A stretch of DNA of 32,000 nt from Candidatus Saccharimonadota bacterium. GTDB lineage: Bacteria > Patescibacteriota > Saccharimonadia > Saccharimonadales > UBA4665. Positions 1 through 9,059 of the stretch are shown in pieces (within the stretch, counting starts at the first letter, position 1; each line of letters begins with the position of its first letter). The position numbers and the translations under genes were made by a program. Below the pieces are notes generated by a model that was given only the letters and a program-made list of their open reading frames with translations, had not been told where the DNA came from and made no database searches. The stretch lies in contig CP065016.1 in NCBI GenBank assembly GCA_016700375.1, forward strand, positions 1,020,001 to 1,052,000. The letters are read 5' to 3'.

Positions 1-1329
1 GGGGAGGTCAGTTGCCTCTATCATGCCGTCGTAACTCAGGAAATACAGCGAGTCGGCACCCACGTATGCACGTATTTCTGGCACGGTCATTTCCGAGGCA
101 ACGAGTTCTTTTTGTGTCGGAGTATTTATACCGTAGTAGTCGGGGTAGAGCACGGGTGGTGAGCTTATCATGAGGTGAACTTCAGTGGCGCCAGCGTCGC
201 GAAGCATTTGCACGGTTTTACGCATGGTGGTACCGCGCACAATTGAGTCGTCCACCAGGACAACGCGTCGACCGGATATGGCATCTACCAGCGGGTTAAG
301 TTTCATTTTGAGGTCGTGCTCGCGAAGTTCGGCCGTGGGGCGAATGAACGTGCGGTGTATGTAGCGGTTTTTTATAAGGTTCATTTCAAACGGTATACCG
401 CTAGCTTCGGCGTAACCGAGTGCGGCAGGAATAGCCGAGTCTGGAACGGGGATAACAACATCTGCTGCCACCGGTGACTCGTGTGCCATGATACGTCCGA
501 AATTCATTCGCACTTCATTGACACTTTTGCCGAGGATGATGCTATCGGGGCGTGCAAAGTAGACAAACTCGAAGATATCGAGCTTCTGTTCGCCTGGGAT
601 TACCTGACGAGACTCAATACCATCTGTTGTGATGACAACCATTTCACCTGGGGCAATTTCGCGCTCTACGGTTGCTCCTATGGTGTCGAGGGCGCACGTC
701 TCGCTAGCAACGATGTGGCTGCCATCTTCGAGTTTGCCGAGAGAAAGCGGCCGTATGCCGTGCTGGTCGCGGAAGGCAATTAGTGTATCTTGGTTCATGG
801 CCACGGCCGAAAACACGCCAGTGAAGAGTGGGTAGCATGCGGCTATTGCATCGGGCAGCGACAGACCCTGTTCGAGCTGGCAGGCGATTGCCGCTGCCAT
901 CATGCCGGAATCATTCAGCTTGCGCGTAGAGATATGGTGGCCCTTGAGGAACTCCTGAAGCTTGGTGGTGTCGGGGATGTTCCCGTTGTGCGCAAAGGCT
1001 AAGTCGTGCTTGTCGTCTAAGAATGGCTGGTTAAAACAGTCGTCGGTGCCACCAGAGGTAGAATAGCGGTTGTGACCGATGGCAATATGGCCAGGAAGCT
1101 TCACCAGGTCATCTTCGCGGTAGACAGTTGTCACGAGTCCAAAGTCACTGTGCAAGTGCAAGTTTTTGCCATCGCTGCTCGCTATACCCGAGCTTTCTTG
1201 CCCGCGATGTTGGAGTGCACATAGCCCATAAAACGACAAACGAGCCGCTTCTACTTCTGGGCTCGCTCCAAATATGCCAAAAACGGCACATTTTTCTTTT
1301 GGACGCATATAAGACTGGTTAATAACCAT
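1..1329 (-). CDS. purF: Amidophosphoribosyltransferase (glutamine-PRPP amidotransferase); C-terminus runs off the window
   Basis: Absent from the ORF track because it has no in-window stop. Manual translation of the minus strand from the ATG (revcomp of 1327-1329) gives MVINQSYMRPKEKCAVFGIFG..ALQHRGQESSGIA..GHNRYSTSG..VVLVDDSIVRGTTMRK. This shows a short propeptide with the catalytic Cys, the Ntn-glutaminase motifs and the PRPP loop. The frame stays open for all 443 codons. Confidence 0.9.
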   Translation of the reverse strand, partial: MVINQSYMRPKEKCAVFGIFGASPEVEAARLSFYGLCALQHRGQESSGIASSDGKNLHLHSDFGLVTTVYREDDLVKLPGHIAIGHNRYSTSGGTDDCFNQPFLDDKHDLAFAHNGNIPDTTKLQEFLKGHHISTRKLNDSGMMAAAIACQLEQGLSLPDAIAACYPLFTGVFSAVAMNQDTLIAFRDQHGIRPLSLGKLEDGSHIVASETCALDTIGATVEREIAPGEMVVITTDGIESRQVIPGEQKLDIFEFVYFARPDSIILGKSVNEVRMNFGRIMAHESPVAADVVIPVPDSAIPAALGYAEASGIPFEMNLIKNRYIHRTFIRPTAELREHDLKMKLNPLVDAISGRRVVLVDDSIVRGTTMRKTVQMLRDAGATEVHLMISSPPVLYPDYYGINTPTQKELVASEMTVPEIRAYVGADSLYFLSYDGMIEATDLP

Positions 1330-1442
1330 GTGTCGGAAATCCTCCGGGAGTAAACGCCAAACAGACAGCCCTACCATTATCTGTCCATTACATTCGCTCC
1401 GTACTTCCTATATAGTACCGCTTTTGTATAGTTGTACGCAAG

Positions 1443-2507
1443 CTACGGGAGGAGTTCGGGTTCTTGACAGAGGGTGATACCAAAGCGAGATTGGACGGCT
1501 TGGGTAATTTCATCGCGGAATTTCAGGAGGTCAGCGGTGCTTTTGGCGTGTTCGTTGACGAGTACAAGTGGTTGGGCGGGCCATGTTGCCATGCCAGTCC
1601 TGCTATCGTGCACGTCTTTGTAGCCCACTTGTTCAATCAGCCAGGCAGCGGGGATTTTGACGCCACCGCCTTCGCTTGGGTAGTTGGGCATGGTGGGGTA
1701 GGTTTCTATGAGTTCAATGAATGTTTTTCCGTCTACGATTGGGTTTGCGAAAAACGAGCCGTTATTTGCGACGAGCGCTGGGTCTGGTAGCTTGGTGCTG
1801 CGAATGTCAATGACGGCATCGCGAATGACCCTTGGGGTCACAGGCCCATTCACTGGGTGCTCGGCGAGGTACTTCTCGACAGCACTGTAGTAAGGCGGGA
1901 AGGGGTTTCCGGCTGTGAGGTGAAGTGTAATGGCAGTTATGAAAAACCGCTCGCGGTATTCGGTCTGAAACAGGCTATGGCGGTAGGAGAACCCGCAGGC
2001 CTCTGTTGGCACAGTGGTCAGCTGACCGGTGGTACGGTCAAATACTTCGACGCTAGTGATAGTTTGGGCGATTTCCTGGCCGTATGCTCCAACATTTTGT
2101 ACCGGTGTTGCCCCGGCAGTGCCCGGAATGAGACTGAGTGCTTCAATGCCCGTGAGCCCGGCAGCTACGCTGCGACCGACCACCGTATCCCAGATTTCGC
2201 CAGCCCCAACGGTTATGAAGTGGCTGTCGAGCGACACGTAATCTTCGTAGCCAAGTATACGATTTACCATAATGAGTCCCGGAAAACCTTCGTCCCGCCA
2301 GACGATGTTACTACCGCCTCCAATCATGAGCATGGGCAGCTCCTTCTCACTAGCCCAGCGGAAGGCTTCCTTTAGGTCTTCGCGCGTATGGATTTCGGTA
2401 AGATAGGCTGCCTCGCCGCCAAGGCGCATGGTAGAGTAGCTGGCAAGAGAAACGTGTTCGTTTATGGTGAGCATAACCCCAGTATACACCCAGTATCGCT
2501 CTTGCAC
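1443..2507 (-). CDS. murB: UDP-N-acetylenolpyruvoylglucosamine reductase
   Basis: 354-aa ORF with a MurB-like layout: MRLGGEA, IGGGSNIV, GIPGTAGATPVQNVGAYG, CGFSYRHS, NNGSFFANP, AAWLIEQ. The internal Met at 2474 (MLTINEHVSL) may be the true start. Confidence 0.85.
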   Translation of the reverse strand: MQERYWVYTGVMLTINEHVSLASYSTMRLGGEAAYLTEIHTREDLKEAFRWASEKELPMLMIGGGSNIVWRDEGFPGLIMVNRILGYEDYVSLDSHFITVGAGEIWDTVVGRSVAAGLTGIEALSLIPGTAGATPVQNVGAYGQEIAQTITSVEVFDRTTGQLTTVPTEACGFSYRHSLFQTEYRERFFITAITLHLTAGNPFPPYYSAVEKYLAEHPVNGPVTPRVIRDAVIDIRSTKLPDPALVANNGSFFANPIVDGKTFIELIETYPTMPNYPSEGGGVKIPAAWLIEQVGYKDVHDSRTGMATWPAQPLVLVNEHAKSTADLLKFRDEITQAVQSRFGITLCQEPELLP

Positions 2508-2539
2508 ATCGGCCCTAACAGGGATAGAATAGAAAGCCT

Positions 2540-3100
2540 ATGGCACAGAAAGATACGTCCGCACCATACAGCCTACTCGGCAAAAAGCTTCGCAAGCTCC
2601 GTGAAGCGCACCGCGAAAGTGTTGCAGAGGTATCTGGTGCAGTGGAAATTGAAGAAAAATATCTTTCAAACATAGAGGCGGGCAAAGACCGCCCCAGCGA
2701 AGACATACTCTTACTACTCATTAGTCACTTTGGACTAGAGGACGATAACGCAGATGAGCTCTGGCACTTGGCCGGCTACCATCAACATGAAGATAGCGAA
2801 CCGCACGCCCACACCGAGCAAGACGATGCTCGTCAGCGTACTGCCGCCATGATGATAATGCTTGACCCGCGAGTAATGTACAGCGATAGCGTGGAAGTTG
2901 TTTCCAACAAGCAGGGAGTTATAGTCAACTTCTCTCAGACAGCCGGGCCAGATGCGCCGCACCTGACTATTTCGCGGATTGGCATGAGCTACGACCAAGC
3001 AAAAGCGGTCATGGGCATTTTGCACCAAGTACTGTATAACCACGATAATCCTGGTAATACCCGTCGGCTTAGCGGCGGAAAAGCAAATAAACCCGAGTAG
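2540..3100 (+). CDS. XRE-family helix-turn-helix transcriptional regulator, divergent from murB
   Basis: The N-terminal segment LLGKKLRKLREAHRESVAEVSGAVEIEEKYLSNIEAGKDRPS matches the Cro/C1 HTH pattern. The C-terminal half is unassigned. Confidence 0.7.
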   Translation: MAQKDTSAPYSLLGKKLRKLREAHRESVAEVSGAVEIEEKYLSNIEAGKDRPSEDILLLLISHFGLEDDNADELWHLAGYHQHEDSEPHAHTEQDDARQRTAAMMIMLDPRVMYSDSVEVVSNKQGVIVNFSQTAGPDAPHLTISRIGMSYDQAKAVMGILHQVLYNHDNPGNTRRLSGGKANKPE

Positions 3101-3114
3101 TAAGCCCGAGGAAG

Positions 3115-4416
3115 CTACGGGTTGGCCGACTTCACGTCTATAAACTCTTGGCAAAACCGTTCAAACACGGCGTTTGTCCAGCCGAAGCCGGTTTGGCTGG
3201 GGTACACGCCTTTTTGCGGTGGTTTGTCGGGGCTAACCACATTGTATTTTTCCAGAAACACGCCATGTTCATTGAACCAGTCAAGGTTGGTGTGGAGCCA
3301 TTTCGTAGCAATTCGTTCAGCGTCCTCACGGTAGCCGTATTTCAACAGGCCTTCCACGACAATGAAGTGGAGCGGTGCCCAGCCATTCGGGAAGGCCCAC
3401 TGGACGGGCATGCTACCGGGCACAAACTGCCCAAGTGGTAAAGCGTCGGTTGTAGCGAGACCGCCTTTATTTTCAAATCGCCGCAGTGCTTTCACGAGAT
3501 TTGCAGCCCGTTTTTCGCTTACCATTCCAGCCCACATGGGGAAATATGCCGCTAGACTACTTATGTTACCGCGTCTCTGTTTTTTAAAGTCATAGTCGTA
3601 GTACAGGCCACGTAGTTGGTCCCACATGAGTTCATTCATGGTTTTTTTGCGGCTCTCGGCTGCCGTAAGCCATTTTTTTGCCCCCTCTTCGTTGCCAAAA
3701 ATTCTTTCAGCGCGGGCAAAATCGGTCTCATATTTATAAAGCAGCGCATTTAAGTCGACCGGAAGATAATGTAGCGCCCTGCGGTTAAACCGTGGGGTCA
3801 TATCCCAGCCGCTTTCGGCCTCGGCAAGGTCATGAAGGTGGTTAATATCGTAGTAGCGGCTGAGATTTTTGTACACAAGCCGTTCGTTGGGCTTCTTTGT
3901 GCCGCACCATACGACGCGATATTCTTCCTGCGCAACGGATATTGCTTTTTTTAACCAAGTTTCACTAAGGGAATAGGCACTGTAAACATCAAATATAAAA
4001 CTGGTTAGGAGCGGCGGTTGTGACCGCCCGGTTAGGTACGTTCGAGAAGCATTTGGGACAGCTCCAAACCGCTCAAACAAATACAGCAGATTCTCTAGTA
4101 TGCCGATGACTAAGTCTCGGTGCGGTTCATCTAATATGCCTTGTACCATAAAGTAACTATCCCAGTAGTACAGTTCGTTATAGTCAAAGCTGGCCGTTTC
4201 ATCGTAGCTGGGCACAAGGTATGGGTTTGGCATGCCGAGCAAGCTTTCATCATCTGCTGGATGGTAACGCTCCAGCTTTACCCAATAGTCGGCAATGTAA
4301 GATCGAGCAGTAGCAACATCTGTGGCCGACAATGGTACGTGTTTTGCGGGTAGTAGTTTTCGCGCCGCCTGTTCGGCCGCGGCCATTGCTTTGTCGAACA
4401 GCTCGTTATCTAGCAT
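3115..4416 (-). CDS. Trehalase, glycoside hydrolase family 37 (no signal peptide, probably cytoplasmic)
   Basis: Both GH37 signatures are present: ELYYWDSYF and VQWAFPNGWAPLHF. RSQPPLL, ESGWDMTPRF and GFGWTNAV are also present. Confidence 0.9.
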   Translation of the reverse strand: MLDNELFDKAMAAAEQAARKLLPAKHVPLSATDVATARSYIADYWVKLERYHPADDESLLGMPNPYLVPSYDETASFDYNELYYWDSYFMVQGILDEPHRDLVIGILENLLYLFERFGAVPNASRTYLTGRSQPPLLTSFIFDVYSAYSLSETWLKKAISVAQEEYRVVWCGTKKPNERLVYKNLSRYYDINHLHDLAEAESGWDMTPRFNRRALHYLPVDLNALLYKYETDFARAERIFGNEEGAKKWLTAAESRKKTMNELMWDQLRGLYYDYDFKKQRRGNISSLAAYFPMWAGMVSEKRAANLVKALRRFENKGGLATTDALPLGQFVPGSMPVQWAFPNGWAPLHFIVVEGLLKYGYREDAERIATKWLHTNLDWFNEHGVFLEKYNVVSPDKPPQKGVYPSQTGFGWTNAVFERFCQEFIDVKSANP

Positions 4417-4559
4417 ATGCTTTAAGCGTATGCTGTCGCCCCCGCCGCGTCAACGGTAAAACCGACATGTGTCCCTCGTAACGGGCGTGTACGTGATGCG
4501 CGAAATACTATCGTAGCCTCCGCCTCTCCCGCCAGTAACATATCACAACACATTTCCAA

Positions 4560-4584
4560 CCTTGGGAGGACTGTCCTCCCAAGG
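4560..4584. other. Perfect 11-bp-stem palindrome (CCTTGGGAGGA ctg TCCTCCCAAGG) in the 252-nt gap upstream of the trehalase gene
   Basis: Read directly from the sequence. There is no adjacent U-run, so it is not a classic terminator. Confidence 0.4.
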
Positions 4585-4668
4585 CTCCCGAAACTAAAGA
4601 TATGAGAGTTTTGTCCGCTCTGCAAGTGTTGCTCGATTGCAGTGGGTACAAGCTGGGGGAGGGTATGC

Positions 4669-4875
4669 CTAGGACTGCTTTTTTCGTAACATTGCTACGC
4701 CAGCGAAGATAATACAAATTCCAGTGAGGCTGAAAACTAGCTGCAAGATACGTAAGTACGCTGAAGGGTGAGCGTTCGTAATTATGATGACGAGCATACA
4801 GAGGCCAAGCGTAGTCAGGGAGGAACCAAGCAGGATTAATACAATCGGTTGTCGGGGCGGTGATTGCTTTTTCAT
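4669..4875 (-). CDS. Small hydrophobic membrane protein (68 aa, two predicted TM segments)
   Basis: The track ORF 4669..4938 starts inside the IS terminus. The plausible native start is MKKQSPPRQPIVLILLGSS at 4875. No recognisable family. Confidence 0.45.
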   Translation of the reverse strand: MKKQSPPRQPIVLILLGSSLTTLGLCMLVIIITNAHPSAYLRILQLVFSLTGICIIFAGVAMLRKKQS

Positions 4876-4894
4876 GTTTTTTACTATACGCCGC

Positions 4895-6282
4895 AGTATA
4901 TTCCAATCCAAGAATGAGCCTGAAGCTACCAGAAACAAACAGCTAGCGTTTTGTATATAGTGTCTTCAACAACTGGTCTTTTGCTTTGTTCATGGCTATC
5001 GCCCAAGCTGTATCACTTTCAGCATACGCCACTTCGTCTAGTTTCTCAAAACTGCTGCCTGTCTTCAGGTATTGTTTGGCGTCTGGCAATGACTTCAGCT
5101 TCTCGTACGGTACCATGTACCCATTGACTGGGTAGCGATGTGTCCTCTTGCCCGTCTTTGAGTCAACGCTCGTTATGCGGTAACCGCAGGGTCGGTGGAA
5201 GTTCAGGTAGGGCACAAACCACGTACAGTACCAGCTGTTAATATCCGGAGCATATTCCCTGGGTATATGCGCATAGCCTAGGGCTTTTCGGATAATGCTA
5301 CCATTCTTGGTTTCAACCAATCCATTGTCTCCGCTTTGGTAGGCTCGAGACTTACTGAGCTTGATGAGCATTGCTTTCAGGAGGGCAGCAACTTGTTTGT
5401 TGATGTACTCCGAGCCATTGTCGGCGTGGAATTCTACAATGACAAATGGGAACAGCACCAAAGCTGCTTCGAGGGCTGGCAGCATGTAACGCTCAGTGAT
5501 TCTCTCGACCGCGACCACCACCTCCCACTGGGTAACTTCATCAACCAGATTGATGTGGTACACACCCTTTTCTTTGTCCTTATCTCCCTGGTGGACAGTA
5601 TCTATACGGATGAAGCCAGGTTGACCGTTCGGGCGTGGTTTGCGGCGCTCGCCAATAGCTATTGTTGTTGCTTGCGTTTTGGTGAACGTATGGCTTTGGT
5701 TACGGTATGTTACGGTGCCACGTAGATTGTATATGTGGCTGACGGAGATTGCGCTAAGTCGTTCGTAGCGTGCATCGCCAAATGTCACAAAGGCTCGTTG
5801 GGCTAGAACTTTTGCCGCTTTGCCACTGAGCCGATCATGGGCATCATCCAGCTCTGCTAGCAGCCCAATGTCTTCACGCGTGTAGCGCAGTGCAAACTGG
5901 TTTCTCATGTTCACTGGCTCCAGCGCAATACAGCCAGTCCGCAGGTACTGTCCAATAAGCCGAGTCACCTGGGCACGGCTGTACCCCGTGACGGCTATGG
6001 CGTATTCTCGAACGACGCCTTTGTCTTTTTTGCCCAAGTGCTGGTAGTCAAGACGAACGACCAGTTGCTGTAACCAGGCATAAGCCTCTTGCTTATGTAC
6101 GATTGTAAGGTCAAGTGACTGAGTGCCTGAGACAAACTGTCTGAGTTCTTCAATAGTTGGTAGCGTGTGTTGCTGCATAGTAATAGTCATCCTCCCATGC
6201 TATGCCAGCTGTCGATATTTCAGGCTCATAGTATTTTAGAACCTGATAGGCGGTTCAGGCTCATTTTGCGTTGGATAAGAGT
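4895..6282 (-). mobile_element. Insertion sequence copy 1, 1388 bp, rve/DDE transposase type (IS481-like or ISNCY/IS1202-group-like)
   Basis: Flanked by the direct 5-bp duplication GCCGC (4890-4894 and 6283-6287). It has imperfect terminal inverted repeats of about 30 bp sharing the AATGAGCCTGAA core. The sequence matches the interrupted copy at 26528-28824 wherever I compared them. Confidence 0.9.
4943..6190 (-). CDS. DDE (rve/integrase-core) transposase, 415 aa
   Basis: N-terminal HTH-like region followed by a catalytic triad context: IRIDTVHQGD, EFHADNGSEY, NGLVETKNG. The D-to-E spacing is 36 residues counted by hand. Confidence 0.88.
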   Translation of the reverse strand: MTITMQQHTLPTIEELRQFVSGTQSLDLTIVHKQEAYAWLQQLVVRLDYQHLGKKDKGVVREYAIAVTGYSRAQVTRLIGQYLRTGCIALEPVNMRNQFALRYTREDIGLLAELDDAHDRLSGKAAKVLAQRAFVTFGDARYERLSAISVSHIYNLRGTVTYRNQSHTFTKTQATTIAIGERRKPRPNGQPGFIRIDTVHQGDKDKEKGVYHINLVDEVTQWEVVVAVERITERYMLPALEAALVLFPFVIVEFHADNGSEYINKQVAALLKAMLIKLSKSRAYQSGDNGLVETKNGSIIRKALGYAHIPREYAPDINSWYCTWFVPYLNFHRPCGYRITSVDSKTGKRTHRYPVNGYMVPYEKLKSLPDAKQYLKTGSSFEKLDEVAYAESDTAWAIAMNKAKDQLLKTLYTKR

Positions 6283-6340
6283 GCCGCTCGACGCCGCTCG
6301 ACAAGAGAAGTATAATGACACACATAAGCAAGGAATAAAC

Positions 6341-7966
6341 ATGAAAACCTGGAAAGATGTGAATGCGATTTACCAGATTTATCCGCGTAGCTTTCAGGAT
6401 AGCAATGGGGATGGTGTGGGCGACCTGCAGGGGATTATTCGTCGACTGCCGTACTTGAAGGGGGAGCCAGATTCACTTGGGGTAGATGCGGTGTGGTTCT
6501 CGCCTTTTTTTCCGAGCCCCATGGCCGACTTTGGCTATGATGTGAGTGACTACTGCAACATAGATCCACTGTTTGGCAGTCTTGATGACTTCAAGGAGCT
6601 TATAGCAAAAGCACACGAGCGAGACATTAAAGTCATGATAGATTTTGTGCCGAACCATTCATCTGACCAGCACCCGTGGTTTCAGGAGTCGAAATCTTCC
6701 CGTGATAACCCAAAACGTGACTATTATGTCTGGCGTGATGCCAAACCAGACGGCTCCCCACCAAACAACTGGATTAGCATATTCGGTGGCTCTGCCTGGG
6801 AGTGGGATGAAGCGACCGGGCAGTACTACCTACATACATTCCTCAAAGAGCAGCCTGACTGGAACTGGGAAAACCCAGACGTTCGCCGTGAAATGCAGCG
6901 AGTTCTGCGGTTTTGGTTTGACCTAGGCGTAGACGGAATGCGGGCAGATGCGGTGCGCTGGATTTCCAAGGATGAACACTTACGTGACGATCCGCTTAAT
7001 CCTGCATTTATAGAGACGCCCAGCGCGGATCCGTACTGGAGGCTGCTTCACGTGCACAGTCGTTTTGGACCGCACTTATTTGACTATTTGCGTGAGCTCA
7101 CCGATGTTGTCGAGCAGTATCCTGACCGAATTATGATATTTGAAGACTACCCCGACGGCGTCTTTACCACGCGCGACCAATATCTTGGCTTTTATGGGGT
7201 GAACCCGCGCGTGAGCATGCCATTTAATTTCGAAGGCATAAATGCTACCTTTACGGCGCAACATTTCAGAGGGTTCATAACTGAGTTTCAAGGCTTTATC
7301 GACCCATCGCAGCACACCCCTGTTTACTGTTTTGGCAACCATGACCAGCCGCGACTGGTTTCACGGGTTGGCGAGCGTCAGGCGAGCCTCATAGCTATAT
7401 TACAGACAACACTGCCGGGGCTGCCGGTTATGTACTATGGTGATGAACTTGGAATGAAAAATGCCTACATCGCTCCCGACGAAGAACAAGACCCACTCAA
7501 CGCTATTAAGCCTGGTTTAGGCCTAGGGCGTGACCCTGAACGTACGCCGATGCAGTGGGACGGCGGTCAGTATGCTGGCTTCAGTGATGCCAAGCCATGG
7601 CTACCCCTTGCTGGCCAGCATGAACAGTGCAACATTGCGACAATGTCGCAAAAACATGATACGTTTCTTTCGCTCTACCGTTGGCTTCTCGACTTCCGTT
7701 CTCGGAGCAACGTGCTCAAGCATGGTGGCTATGAAACACTCGATGCAACAAACCCGCACGTGTTTTCTTTTGCCCGGATGCTTGGTAATGAACAGCTGCT
7801 TATAGTCCTGAATTTTTCCAATCGACGCCGCAGTTATGACCTGCCACCGGGAAGCCATATTCTAATGTCCTCGATGCAGTCATGCTCGGCCGGTATATCT
7901 CGAAAAAATCAGCTTAAACTTCAGCCGTACGAGGCCGTGATAGTTGGGCAAATGCACTCCGCCTAA
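6341..7966 (+). CDS. GH13 alpha-glucosidase / oligo-1,6-glucosidase family
   Basis: Start trimmed to MKTWKDVNAIYQIYPRSFQDSNGDGVGDLQGI, with AAGGA 7 nt upstream and TATAAT at 6311-6316. The four GH13 regions are present: DFVPNHSS, GVDGMRADAV, the IFEDYP catalytic Glu region and FGNHDQPR. The track ORF start at 6167 lies inside the IS. Confidence 0.9.
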   Translation: MKTWKDVNAIYQIYPRSFQDSNGDGVGDLQGIIRRLPYLKGEPDSLGVDAVWFSPFFPSPMADFGYDVSDYCNIDPLFGSLDDFKELIAKAHERDIKVMIDFVPNHSSDQHPWFQESKSSRDNPKRDYYVWRDAKPDGSPPNNWISIFGGSAWEWDEATGQYYLHTFLKEQPDWNWENPDVRREMQRVLRFWFDLGVDGMRADAVRWISKDEHLRDDPLNPAFIETPSADPYWRLLHVHSRFGPHLFDYLRELTDVVEQYPDRIMIFEDYPDGVFTTRDQYLGFYGVNPRVSMPFNFEGINATFTAQHFRGFITEFQGFIDPSQHTPVYCFGNHDQPRLVSRVGERQASLIAILQTTLPGLPVMYYGDELGMKNAYIAPDEEQDPLNAIKPGLGLGRDPERTPMQWDGGQYAGFSDAKPWLPLAGQHEQCNIATMSQKHDTFLSLYRWLLDFRSRSNVLKHGGYETLDATNPHVFSFARMLGNEQLLIVLNFSNRRRSYDLPPGSHILMSSMQSCSAGISRKNQLKLQPYEAVIVGQMHSA

Positions 7967-8113
7967 GGTGGCTTTGCTAGTACGATCTATTGTCCCTGGC
8001 CTAATGCCGGTATCAAACAAGGGTTCTAGAGAATCAACAGAGTTTTTTTAGAGCACCAAACAATCACTACAGCAAATATCGTAATATAAAAAAATATGGT
8101 ATAGTATAGATAT

Positions 8114-8629
8114 ATGGAAATGACAGTCCCATCGCATATTGAGGAAGCGGCCAGGTATGCGGTGACTATCGCACGTGCAGCATGGGAACAGCGTGGTATC
8201 GATGTACCTGTCGGTGCGGTTGCTCTCTCTTCCGTATGGACGTGCGGGATTGGAGTAGCATCAGATAAAAGACTAAATGCCCCAGAGCTGCACGCTGAAA
8301 TATATGCAATCTTGAGCGCGAGCTTAGGCTTGCCTAGATCGAGTATTGATACAATCGTCTCGACAATGGAGCCGTGTCGCGCCTGCCGTACAAACATACC
8401 AAGACATGCTCCAAGCGTGACTACAGTATACTATCTGTTACCTCGTGAAGATCTGGAGGATTTAGGGCTCGTTAGGCGATATAGCGCTGCCGAGAGAGCA
8501 GAGCTGCCGCCCACCAGTTACGAGGGAATCGTACTGCCCTTAGAAGGTTTACGCGTTGAAATGCTCACTTTGCTAGGTCAGTTGACACGTGATCACACGA
8601 CCGGAGAAACGGTAGTAAGGAAAAAATAA
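8114..8629 (+). CDS. Cytidine/deoxycytidylate-deaminase-fold (CDA) zinc deaminase-like protein
   Basis: LHAEIYAI and EPCRACRT form the HAE...PCxxC zinc-binding pair with about 27-aa spacing. The C-terminal extension of about 60 aa is unassigned. Confidence 0.6.
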   Translation: MEMTVPSHIEEAARYAVTIARAAWEQRGIDVPVGAVALSSVWTCGIGVASDKRLNAPELHAEIYAILSASLGLPRSSIDTIVSTMEPCRACRTNIPRHAPSVTTVYYLLPREDLEDLGLVRRYSAAERAELPPTSYEGIVLPLEGLRVEMLTLLGQLTRDHTTGETVVRKK

Positions 8630-8674
8630 CTGGTTAGACGAAAACTAAACTGGCATTGGGGTACAATAACAGAT

Positions 8675-8848
8675 ATGGACGATAAAGATGAAGTAAAACT
8701 ACCCTGTGCAGACAAGATTGCCTTTGACACAAAAAAACAGGCTGCAGCCACGGCTACCACAAGTGAATACTGGTACGGCCGCCGCCCCCACGCCTATCAC
8801 TGCCGCCACTGCCACCTATGGCACCTCTCCACATCACCAAAAGACTAG
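8675..8848 (+). CDS. Small Cys/His-rich protein, 57 aa (below the ORF-track cutoff)
   Basis: Manual translation gives MDDKDEVKLPCADKIAFDTKKQAAATATTSEYWYGRRPHAYHCRHCHLWHLSTSPKD. It contains C..(30)..YHCRHCHLWH, a zinc-ribbon-like motif. It lies just downstream of the deaminase-like gene on the same strand. The overlapping track ORF 8706..8900 is in another frame and looks non-coding. Confidence 0.45.
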   Translation: MDDKDEVKLPCADKIAFDTKKQAAATATTSEYWYGRRPHAYHCRHCHLWHLSTSPKD

Positions 8849-8956
8849 CGTATACTTGCTAGTGCAACCGAAGCATCCTGTATCGTCAACGAGGCGATAG
8901 CCGAGCTTTAGGGCAGGAGGAGAGCAGTATTCGGATTTATTCCGAATCGGCGAAGA

Positions 8957-9052
8957 GGTGAGGATAGTCAGTGACTGTCGGCAAGGGAATGTTCCGGTGC
9001 AAACTTGTTTGCAACAGTGAACTTCCGGGGCCGCAGGATGCGGCTAGGCCTC
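8957..9052 (+). ncRNA. Structured repeat module, copy A0 (tandem, immediately upstream of the tRNA-like gene)
   Basis: GGTGAGGA, hairpin ATAGTC-AGT-GACTGT, CGGCAAGGGAA, hairpin TGCAAAC-TTG-GTTTGCA, GTGAACTTCCGGGG, hairpin GCCGCA-GGA-TGCGGC, TAGGCCTC. This is the same order of elements as copies A, C and D. Confidence 0.5.
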
Positions 9053-9059
9053 TTGGATA

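Noticed and set aside
5336-5725. 129-aa ORF antisense to the transposase, duplicated at 27085..27474
   Set aside because: It is present twice only because the IS is present twice. It has no start context or recognisable domain, so it is a shadow ORF.
6167-6340. 58-aa N-terminal extension of the alpha-glucosidase ORF (and the 21-aa extension of ORF 4669..4938)
   Set aside because: Both extensions read out of the IS termini and are artefacts of the insertion. Conserved GH13 N-termini begin at the MKTWKD... position.
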